Assembly (NCBI RefSeq): GCF_009914755.1
Contig: NC_060930.1
Length of the DNA stretch: 64,000 bases
Origin: the human T2T-CHM13v2.0 reference genome, Homo sapiens
Direction: 5' to 3' (one strand)
Part shown: positions 52,191-64,000 of the stretch, one piece after another
Position numbering within the stretch: position 1 is the stretch's first letter
Layout of the letters: every line of letters starts with the position of its first letter
Translations under genes and position numbers: made by a program
The notes under the pieces: model-generated
Seen by the model: only the letters and a program-made list of their open reading frames with translations
What the model was told of the DNA's origin: nothing
Databases searched by the model: none

Positions 52191-52749
52191 AGTAGGTCAT
52201 AGGAAGAGGTTGATAGTTGCAATTCTTAACTGATATGAAAATTTGCTATTTTGCATTTTAAGAATTCAGTGCACTACCATATAGTGGTAAATATAAATAT
52301 GTTACATTTCAGAACAATGGTGACTTTCTGTGTTTTTATGGCAAGGAAATAATATTCAAACTTATTGGGAATAAAAATGGGCAAATAAATGGGTGAATAA
52401 AAATTTGTCCTGTGACTTTGCTGCAGTAGATGACCATTATACACTGTGACTGCCATGATCTGTTCAAAGCCATAACAAGTCAGAATATAGACCACACCAA
52501 GAGTTTTCTATTAATAAAGTAAAATAAATAGGGAACAATCTTGATAATTCAAATAAAAATTACTTTTTAGGCTGATCTAGAGAAGCATTCTGCAAAAATG
52601 TGCTTTGATCTTGAACTATCATGGATAATTTCTTTAATATTTCACTTACTTTGTTACTTATGAGTTTTAGACTTGGGATAATTTTTAAAAAGTCACATTA
52701 ATTCTTTTCAGAGAAATTACCATGTGCTTTATTGAAGTTTGGAAAGTTT

Positions 52750-53180
52750 GTTTTTTCAGATCTACTGCCACGTGCCATGTCATTGGCCTCAGTTGTCGGG
52801 ACAGCACTGATCTGATTTGAGTGTGAGGACCAATAAAGTCTTATCAAGTGCTGGCAATTCCATCAAATAGCACCTGCTGCAGCTCAAAGAGAAACTGCTA
52901 AACTGAAATTAATGCTTATGTTTCTCTTCCAAGCAACTAATTTCATTAAAAAAATTAGATTTCTTGGAGGGTAATTGACACAATCTGGTAATTCAGAGAC
53001 TTGTCATTAAAAATTAAGCATAAAGGGAAACAACATGAACTCAACTGCCACTACCAATCCCTTGGCAGCAGAGCATCCAAAGCAAAAATCTCACCTACAA
53101 ATATCAATAATAGGATAAAGGTCAAATGGGAATCTGCAGTGAGCATGTACTGAATGTCTTTGGTCTTAGCAGAGGAAAAA
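52750..53180. promoter_or_regulatory. Candidate conserved non-coding enhancer
   Basis: CACGTG 52769, CCAATAAA 52830, CTTATC+TCAAGTG 52840-52850, CACCTG, TAATTGACA, AAAGGTCA 53117. Confidence 0.45.
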
Positions 53181-54359
53181 AGGCTGATTTTTTTTTTCTC
53201 TCATTGTAAAATTCTGTTCATGTTTGGAGAACATGTAATTTTTTTTAGAAAAATATTGTAACATTTTTAGTATTCTCTAGCCAGACAATAATGAGTTTAA
53301 CTTTACTTTGTCTCATAATAAATGAAGAGCTTTTTCAAGTTCCTTGAAGATCCTGTAACTTTGAATTCCGAGACATGGTATGACCTTCCTTTTAACCTCT
53401 AAAATTTTTCTCATAATAAGAATGATCCCTTTTTATGTGAAGTACTTAAATATTATAAAAAGATATAAGCCAGAGCAGTCAAGTAAAATATTAACAATTT
53501 CACAAAAAGAAAAGTTAGTGCTTTAATTTTTTGTGCTTTAACTCATGTTCTTCATCCCCCTTTGAGACCTCTTCTCTACCCACCTTGAGTCTCTCTAGCA
53601 ATAAAACTACTGCTTCTCAGAAGAGGTGTCCAACCATCCAGCAGGAGTGATTTATGCCTTCTTGATGTCCTTTGGCATTTAATTCCTAATCACTCATTTG
53701 ACACTTAATCCCATGTGTGCTTTATTTTTTTTTTACTAGTTTTATCACTTATTGTATAATTTCACATTGTCCTTCACCAATAGTGGATCAATTTGTGGCA
53801 CTAAATGTGTGTATTTGTTTGCCCAGCTTTCTACCAACATAAGGCTTGTCAAAAAACAGGACTCAGTTATAAACATTTGGAAAAAGAAAGAATACGTTGA
53901 CTGTAAAGAAGAAGGGCTGTTTCACCAAATAACACAATGCCAGGTATTTTCAAAGAAAATATGCTGCAAAATTAGACAAGTTTTTGAGTTTACATCTGTC
54001 TGATCAAAGTGAAAAACAGAAACTCTGTGGCATGATTATTACATTAACAAAGGCTACAACACAGATTCCACACCTGCATAGAAAAGATCAGGGACAACAT
54101 TGTTTATGTCAGAAAATCACATTTTGTGGGAAATGTTCACATTTTTATTATTTAGGGGATCAGAACCAGTTAGAATTTCTATTATTATTTTTTTCCTCAG
54201 AGGATACAGTATTCTTTTTGACCACAGTTTATGAAGTGTTTACGCTTATTAAAAGCAGTGCCAAGTTTAGCTTTTCTTCTAAGCTTTCGAAGTTTTGCTT
54301 TCCCTCCATATGGTAATGTGCTTGCCAATAAGGTGTCAATCTGACCATATAATATACTT

Positions 54360-54429
54360 AGTGATTTTTCTGTTTCAGTGATATTTGGTGATTCTGTTTC
54401 AGTGATTTTTTCTTTTAGTGATATTTGGT
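54360..54429. repeat. Short degenerate tandem repeat built on agtgat(a/t)ttt / tctgtttc units
   Basis: agtgatttttctgtttcagtgatatttggt occurs nearly twice with about 41-nt spacing. Confidence 0.7.
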
Positions 54430-54652
54430 TCCATGAGACCACTTATTTCAGAGATTTTGACCTCTTTTTAGTACAGTGAAAACATTTGGGGCCACAAAAT
54501 ATTAAAGCCTTAAAAGTTAACTTTTATCTTAAAGTATTTAAAAGACCTGGGGCTGTAATTTGCTTTTATGTCACTGAAGAATTTTATTGTTCTTAACAAT
54601 TCTATTGGGATTAAGAACTAAGAACCATCCCATTTACTAGTAGTAGTTTTCT

Positions 54653-56123
<1,471 letters not shown>

Positions 56124-56237
56124 TACTACTACTATTTTCTCCTATATAACCTATAAGTGTAAAGGGTCATCTTTGTCTGAGATCCATCCCTTCTTTGGTT
56201 GGTGTTCCTGGCCTACTGGGAGTAGCATTCTTTTTGA

Positions 56238-56450
56238 ATTTTTCCTTCCAACTTTTATTTTATGTTTGGGATACGTGTGTAGGTTTGTGACATGGGTAAA
56301 TTGTGTGTCACAGGGGCTTGGTGTACAGATTACTCTGTCACCCAGGTGATAAACATAGTTCCTGCTGGGTAGTTTTTTGATTCTCACTTTCCTTCACTGT
56401 TCACCATCAAGTAGGCCCCGGTGGCTACCTATTGTTTCCTTCTTTGTGTG
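56238..56450 (-). mobile_element. L1PA15/16 3' stub
   Basis: acatgggtaaattgtgtgtcacaggggcttggtgtacagatt...caagtaggccccgg. Confidence 0.85.
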
Positions 56451-57047
56451 GAAATGATATTCTTTACTATCTATAAGGCCGAGATTTCATATGCCATAGA
56501 ACAGATATCAGGAAACTTTTCCTAGGAGGAATGTGTAGGCATCATTTCCACATGAGAAACATAGTCCTTGCTTCTTAATAGTGGACTTATCTGATCTAGG
56601 TAAACAAGATTTTCAGCTTGGTCATAGATACAAATTTGATTTGTTCAATTATATTCTGGTAGGAAAGAGAATCCAATTTTATTGAACCTATAAAGTAATT
56701 AAACGGTCATAAAACATAAAATAATCTAATAAAGCCACTGTTCATACAACTGAACTTATAATTGTTTTGATGACAAGGTCAATCATAATATGCCATTATT
56801 TTCTGAGAACTATTTTTAAATTTCCTTAGCATTTCTTAGTTTAGACATTTGCTTTTAAATCCTTAGGGTTATATTGGATGAAGATACCACTTACAGAGTG
56901 TTTTATTCCAATTTCTATAGATAAAACTGGTTATGTTGAGGATTATATATAGATTAAGAAAAAAATAGGTTTTTCACATATGCATCAAAAATAGAATATT
57001 ATACTAATTAAATCAGTTACATTAGCTCCATGTATCTATTTTTGTGG

Positions 57048-57697
57048 TGTCTTGTGCTGTTGCAACAAAATACCTGAGATTGGGTAATTTATAAAAAATA
57101 GAAATTTATTTTCTCATAGTTCTGGAGGGTGGGAAGTCCAAGATCAAGGTGCTGGCATATTTGGTTTTCTTTTGAGGGCTCTTCCTCTGGAGGGGAAGGA
57201 CACTGTGTCCTCACATGGCAGAAGTTGGAAGGGCAAGAAACAAAATGCTATGTGAAGTTTCTTTTTTTTTTATTATTATTATACTTTAAGTTCTAGGGTA
57301 CATGTGCACAACATGCAGGTTTGTTACATATGTATACATGTGCCACGTTGGTGTGCTGCACCCATTAACTGGTCATTTACATCAGGTATATCTCCTAATG
57401 CTATCCCTCCCCCCTCCCCCCACCCCACGACGGGGGTGATTTATAATCCTTTGGGTATATACCCAGTAATGGGATGGCTGGGTCAAATGGTATTTCTAGT
57501 TCTAGATCCTTGAGGAATCACCATACTGTCTTCCACAATGGTTGAACTAGTTTACAGTCCCACCAACAGTGTAAAATATTCCTATATAAGAGCCTTAATG
57601 CTATTAATGAAGGAGAAGCCCTCATAGCCTAATCACTTCTTAAACGTCCCACCTCTTAATACTCTCATATTTACAGCACTTGAATTTTGAAGGAGAG
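57048..57697 (-). mobile_element. MSTB/C-like LTR, split by L1PA4
   Basis: caaaatacctgagattgggtaattt...gggaagtccaagatcaaggtgctggca...gcctaatcacttcttaaa. Confidence 0.85.
57262..57585 (-). mobile_element. L1PA4 3' fragment with an internal deletion of about 315 bp
   Basis: Relative to the 54.6 kb copy it jumps from ccccacgac to tgatttataatcc. Confidence 0.9.
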
Positions 57698-59625
57698 TCT
57701 CATCTAAATAAAATATAAGTGAGACTCAATGCATGACTTGCCCAGAGGCAAGTCTTTCCCTCTAGCTGTGAACCTGTGAAATCAAAGAAATTATATGCTT
57801 TCAAAATACAATGGTGAGGCAGGTATAGGCTGGACACTGCCATTCCAAAAGGGAGCAATAGCAATAGGAAAGAAGGTAAAAGCAACAGGTCTCAAGTAAG
57901 TCCCAAATCCTACAGGATAAATAACTTAAATCTTGAGGCTTCACTCCATGTCCTACTTCTGGACATGCTGGGGGAGGGGGTTGGGCCTTCAAAGCCCCCA
58001 GGGACTATGCCCCATGGATTTGCTGGTGCAGCCCACACCATAGCTCTCACTGGTGGAAGTTGGGTGGCTGCAGTTCTACCAAGCTGGTGTTGCATGTCAG
58101 TGCCCTAAAGGTCTGGGGTGTTGGTGGCAGCTCTGCCTGCATGGCTGCATTAAGCATTGCCTTAGTGGAGGCTCTCTGTAGTGGCCTTGCCCCTGTGGCG
58201 AGTTACTGCCGGGGGGTCCAAGGCTATCAGACATTCTCTGAATTCTAAGTGGAGAGAACCATGCCTCCACAGTTCTTACACCCTGCGAACCCGCAAAATT
58301 AGCACCGCAAGATGTGGCCAAGTTTTCCAACTTGTACCTTCCAGAGAATTGGCCCAAGCCGCACCTGGGCATGCTTGAGCCATAGCTGGGTGGGTGAAGG
58401 CACACTGCTCCAGAACTCAGGAAGCAGAGTTGAGGCATCTCTGCACAGCAAGCTTTGAGGTCCCATGGGTATCCCTGGCTCTTCCTTTGAGACTGTACTG
58501 TCTTTCAGCCATGGGACTCTGAGCCTTGGATGGACATAGCAGCCTGGAAGACCTCTGAAATGCCCTTAGGGTCATTCTTTCATTGTCTTGATAATAACAC
58601 CTGTGTTTCTTCTATCTATACTAATTTCCTTATGAAACGGTTGCTTGGCCTCACCCTTAGTTTTCTCTCCTGAACACACTTTTTTATTCTTTACGTGGCC
58701 AGTGTGAGAATTTTCTAAATCTTTAGGTTCTGCTTTTCTTTTAATTATACTTTTCATACTTAAACCATTTTTTCATCCCTCATTTTACTATAAGCAGGTA
58801 AGAGAAGTCATGTAGCTCCTTCAACATTTTGCTACTTAGAGATTTCTTGTGTTAGGTATCCTAGTTGATTGCTCTTAAATTCTACCTTTACAAAGTCCCA
58901 AAACATGAACATAATTCAGCCAAGTGTTTTGTGGGTTTGTTTTTTTTTTTGCCATTTTATTTTTCAAATTTATTTTCTATTTTATTTTATTTTATTTTAT
59001 TTTTTGGCACGGAGTCTCACTCTGTTGCCCAGGCTGGAGTGCAATGCCGCAATCTTGCCTCACTGCAACCTCCACCTCCTGGGTTCAAGCGATTCTCCTG
59101 CCTCAGCCTCCTGAGTAGCAGGGATTACGGGCGCCCGCCACCACGCCCAGCTAATTTTTGTATTTTCAGTAGAGACGGGGTTTCACCACATTGGTCAGGC
59201 TGGTCTCAAACTCCTGACCTCAGGTGATCCCCCCCACCTCAGCCTCCCAAAGTGTTGAGATTACAGGTGTGAGCCACCGCATCTGGCTTTTCTTTTTTTG
59301 CCATTGTATAACAAGGATGGCCTTTCCTTCAGTTTCAATAATATATATCTAATTGTGTCTAAGACCTCATCAGAATAGCCTTTACTGTCTATATTTCTAC
59401 CAACATTCTGGTCACCATCACTTAGGTAATCACTAAGAAGATTCAGGCTTTCTCTATAGATTTTCTTTTCTTCTGAGTCCTCACCAGAATCTCCCACTAA
59501 GGCTCCATTCACAGCAAGACAAAGTTTTTCTGGCATGCACTTCAAAATTCTTCCAGTCTCTACTCATTACCCAGTTCCAAGGCTGCTTCCAGTTGTTCAA
59601 GTATTTGTTACAGCAGCACAAACAT
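57698..59625 (-). mobile_element. MST-int (MaLR internal region); second LTR absent
   Basis: caaaatacaatggtgaggcaggtatagg...ccattccaaaaggg; gcattgccttagtggaggctctctgt; ttacccagttccaaggctgcttcc. Confidence 0.85.
58957..59288 (-). mobile_element. AluS (Sx/Sp-like) within MST-int
   Basis: Antisense dimer with (TTTTA)n tail; TSD core tttttttgccatt. Confidence 0.93.
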
Positions 59626-60245
59626 AGGAATACAGTGTCCTAGGTGATCGATTCTTGTTTGCTTGCATTTGAGTTACGCAGTCCATTTCCATGGAGTCAT
59701 CTGCTTTTAGATTAAAATGATCCTGAGGTTCTGACTCAGTCTGCAAATCAGTCCCTGGTGATAACCTGGAAATCTTGAACCATGAGTATATTCCTTGTAA
59801 CAACAACAGTCAGGTCTACCTGATACAGTCCTTTCCTGAGGTTCTTTTGATGTTTTTTATAGAATATTTGATTTTAAAAGTCATATCACAAGGCCTTTAG
59901 ACAAATGTAAGCAAAAAAGAGGAAAGCTTTTTGTAGTTGATAAGACTAAATGCCTGGAGTTATTTTATTATAGTAGCCAAAAATAATAGAAAGAAAGAGA
60001 ATAGTTTGTTCTGTTGAGGCATAATACATAATAAATTTATAAAGATATAATAAATTATGATCCTGATAGTGAGGGCATTCATAAATTTCCAGAGTCTTTA
60101 ATTTATACCATTAAATGCATTATGAATGTCATTAATATCAATATATTATAATAAATTAAATGGATATTTAAATCTAAAAAATATATTAAAAAGTAATTTG
60201 TTGACAATAGTCTTTAAATATAAACATGATTATGTTTCTTTTTAA

Positions 60246-60568
<323 letters not shown>

Positions 60569-62161
60569 GGAAACAAATTTATATTAGTAGCCTTTACCTG
60601 TATGAAATTTACCTAAGAAGGATGATATTTTTTTGTTTTGAAAATAAAACTAACCAGGACAGTTCTCTTAACAATACTGAGCTAATCAAACATCTGAAGA
60701 ATGTCAAACATGCCTAATTATTTTAATGAAGGAATAAATTTCTGTGTTACCTGGTGGCCACTAGGTAGTTCATAACTATAGGGTGACTCAAGCATAATTT
60801 GTATGTAAAAGAAGTCTTAATAGTTTTATTATTTTGAATTTGGAAACTGAATTTGCAAAAAGCAAAAACAAGAAGACACAAGGGAAGAGAGAAGTTGTGA
60901 ATATACATCACAGGTTCTAATGACAATAGTTACCAGCCAGTATTTAAAAATAGCAATAAATAACAATTTTTATTATTAAATTAAATATTTTCAAGAAATA
61001 AGGAACTTTAGCTAAAATGATTAAAGAGTATCCCAAAACCCATAGAGTTATTGTGGTGATAAGAAGGAATTTTTGTTATTTGAGCAGCATTACTCAGCCC
61101 TTTTAACGAAGAGAACACATTTTAGTTTCACCTTGTTGAATCTTACCTATATGACAATATACAATGAAATATTCATGAGTCTGTTTTCCTAATAAATAAA
61201 CTCATCACATTTACTTAACTTTGTCAAAAATTTCAACACATTTTGTAGTTCCTTTCAACCTCTTATTTCTAAGTACTATAAACCCAGGCATGTGAGGTTA
61301 ATTTCTTCTCAGATCTTTTACATTTATTGTACAAATCATTAGATTTGCATTTCATTATCTTCCTTTACATTGTGGCATACTTTTACTTTAGAATAGAAGT
61401 ATTATTTTTAATCCCACGATAAACCAATATATATATTTGTTATGCTGTATACATATCCCCTTACCATACTGTATTTTTCATTTCTTAAAAAATGAACATG
61501 CACTTGAACATAATCCAGATTCATTTGTACTTTTTGATTTGTTAACTGAGGGCTACTCTATAATGTAGTAAATAAGAAAACAGGCATTTTAAAATTAAGC
61601 TGTCCAAATACATGAGCTCATTTATTAAACAACTCAAATTAATATTATAATAGTTCAAGATTTTAAAATTAACTAAAAATCTGGAAGTTATAATTTTTGG
61701 CTGGCACTTACAATTTCTATGACTTGTAGCATTTCATGCATTGATCTCTTTTAATTAATACATTATTTATTATTATTTAATTTAGTTGAACTTGATATCT
61801 TGCAGTTTTCTAAGTGATGTTAGGTTTTTTAATGCACCAAACTAGTAGAGGAAGTTTGGGACATTTGAAATAGACTATTCATGAGGAAATATATGCAACA
61901 CTTGCATAAACTGAAGTATTTTGCTGGCATTATTTTTACATGATGGTAAAGCCAGGGAGGAAATACAGAGTTGCTCTTAAACCAAAGTTATAAAATCGGT
62001 CTGATTTGTCCAGAATTATCTTGAAGAAGAATACTACATTACTTTTTTTCTTATACAATGATATACCAGATATTAAAAGTTTTTAGTTGCTTTAAAGTAA
62101 TTTTTTAATATCTTGCAAACTAATAACAATACACATTAATTAAATTCATAGGTCATAGGTA

Positions 62162-63292
62162 TTTTTTAAATTAAACTTTTTATTTTGAGATAATTTTGCA
62201 TTTACATGTAGTTTTAAGAAACGTAGAACGATACCATGCATTCTTTGTCTAGTTTCCTCCAATGGTAATATCCTTCAAAAGTATAATGTACCAACCTTAT
62301 TAACATTTCTCCAATTTTACTTGTACTTCTGTGTGTGTGTGTGTCTGTGTGTGTGTGTGTGTGTGTGTTTAGCTCTATGCAATTTTATCATGTGTGTGGG
62401 TGTCTGTATTCATTATCATCAAGATACAAAACAATTCCATCACCACAAGGCTCTCTAGTGGTTCTAGTGGTGTAATTTTGTAACCATATCCCCCTCTTCC
62501 CCTTTCCTAAACCCTGGTAATCTCTCGCTCCTGAAAAAAAGTATGTATCTCAAGAATGTTATAGAAATGAAATTATATAGTATGCAATCTTTTGGAATTG
62601 TCTTTTTTTTCCTCCCTCAATATAATTTCCTGGAGCTTCATCTAAGTTGATGTGTGTATCAACAGCCCATTTCTTTTTATTGCTGTGTAATATTCCATGG
62701 TATGCATGTACCACAGTTTGTTTAGCCAATCACTTATTGAAGGACATCTGAGTTGGTTCCAGGTTTTGGCTATTATGAATAAAGCTGCTTTGAACATTCA
62801 TGTACAGTTTTTTTGCATTAACATAAATTTACTTTTCTCTGGGATAAATGCCCAATTATTAATTGCTGAATAGTATAGAAATTGCATGTCAGTTTTATAA
62901 AGAACTGCCAAACTATTTTTCAGAATGGCTGTACTATTTTACATTTCCACATACAACATAGGAGTGATTCAATTTGTCAGCATTCTCACCAGAATTTGGT
63001 ATTGTTATTATTTTAGCCATTCTGATACATGTGAAGCGATACTATATTGGGACGTTAATTTGTGTTTGTCTATTAACTAATAATGCTGAGTATCTTTTCA
63101 TGTGCTTATTTGACATCTGTATAGCCTCTTTGGCAAAATATCTGTTCATGTCTTGTGCCCATTTTCTGATTGGATTAATTTTTTTGTTTTTGTTTTTCAC
63201 TGTGTGAGTTTTGAGAGTTCTTCTTATATTCTATATACTAGTCCTTTGCTAGATATGTGGATTACAAATATGTTATCCCAGTCTGTAACTTG
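62162..63292 (-). mobile_element. L1MC/L1MD-type 3' fragment
   Basis: ttttattttgagataatt...gtttcctccaatggtaa; gaaggacatctg...tatgaataaagctgct; gaactgccaaacta. Confidence 0.8.
62330..62368. repeat. (TG)n microsatellite
   Basis: Seen directly, with one interruption. Confidence 0.9.
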
Positions 63293-64000
63293 TAAATGAA
63301 ACAAAAAGCTGATTCTTTGAAAAGATAAATGAAATTGATACACCATTAGCAAGATTAACCAAGAAAAGAAGAGAGAAAACCTAATTTAGAAACAAAACAG
63401 GAGATATTGCAACTGACACTACTGAAATACAAAAGATCATTCAAAGCTACTATGAACAACTTTATGCATATAAACTAGAAGAAATGAATAAATTCCTGGA
63501 AAAATACAACCCTCCTAGCTTACATCACGAAGAATTAGATACCCTGAACAGACCAATAACAAGCAGCGAAATTGAAATGGTAATTTAAAAATTACCAACA
63601 AAAAAAGTCCAGGACTAGATGGATTCATAACAGAATTCTACTAGACATTCAAAGAATTGGTACCAATGCTTTTGACACTATTCCACAAGATAGAGAAAGA
63701 AAGACCCCTCCCTACTTCATTCGTTGAATCCAGCATCACCCTAATACCAAAACTAGGAAAGGACATAACCAAAAAGAGAATTACAGACTCATATCCCTGA
63801 TGAACATAGATGCTAAAATCCGTAACAAGATACTAGGTAACTGAATACAACAACATATCAAAATGATAATCTGCCATGATCAAGTGTGTTTCATACCAGG
63901 GATGCAGGGATGGTTTAACATACGCAAGTCAATAAATGTGATACACTGCATAAACAGAATTAAAAACAAAAATCACATGATCATCTCAATAGATTCAGAA
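63293..64000 (+). mobile_element. L1PB-like ORF2 fragment running off the window end
   Basis: aagctgattctttgaaaagataaat...ctgaacagaccaataac...cataccagggatgcagggatggtttaac. Confidence 0.88.

Noticed and set aside
60754-60771. CTCF-like ggccactaggtagttc
   Set aside because: The 3' half departs from the GGCGC core and is too degenerate to call

Overview
Primate (human-like) nuclear DNA: it carries AluJ/S/Y, L1PA and THE1/MST elements, is visibly AT-rich and CpG-poor, and has no CpG island, rRNA, tRNA or CRISPR array. The window is intronic/intergenic and dominated by interspersed repeats: about 12 Alus, many L1 fragments from old L1ME to young L1PA4, L2, MIR, MaLR/ERVL LTRs, one MST element with internal sequence, and several DNA-transposon MITEs. 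No ORF in the supplied track looks like a host gene; the recognisable ones are Alu, L1 ORF2 or MaLR-internal remnants. The most interesting non-repeat signals are (i) a cluster of + strand splice and poly(A) signals at 0.2-7.2 kb, consistent with alternative 3' exons of a gene or lncRNA I cannot name, and (ii) several repeat-free islands rich in developmental TF motifs (3.5-4.4, 15.8-16.2, 44.7-45.1, 52.75-53.2 kb) that look like enhancers. Notable transposon structures are a twin-primed L1PA4 whose two target-site copies differ by an apparent micro-inversion, a 5.3 kb nested stack inside one L2, and an old L1MA with a perfect 19-bp TSD. I found no evidence for a wholly new biological system. 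Repeat subfamily names come from remembered consensus similarity and need RepeatMasker/Dfam confirmation; boundaries of old repeats are approximate.
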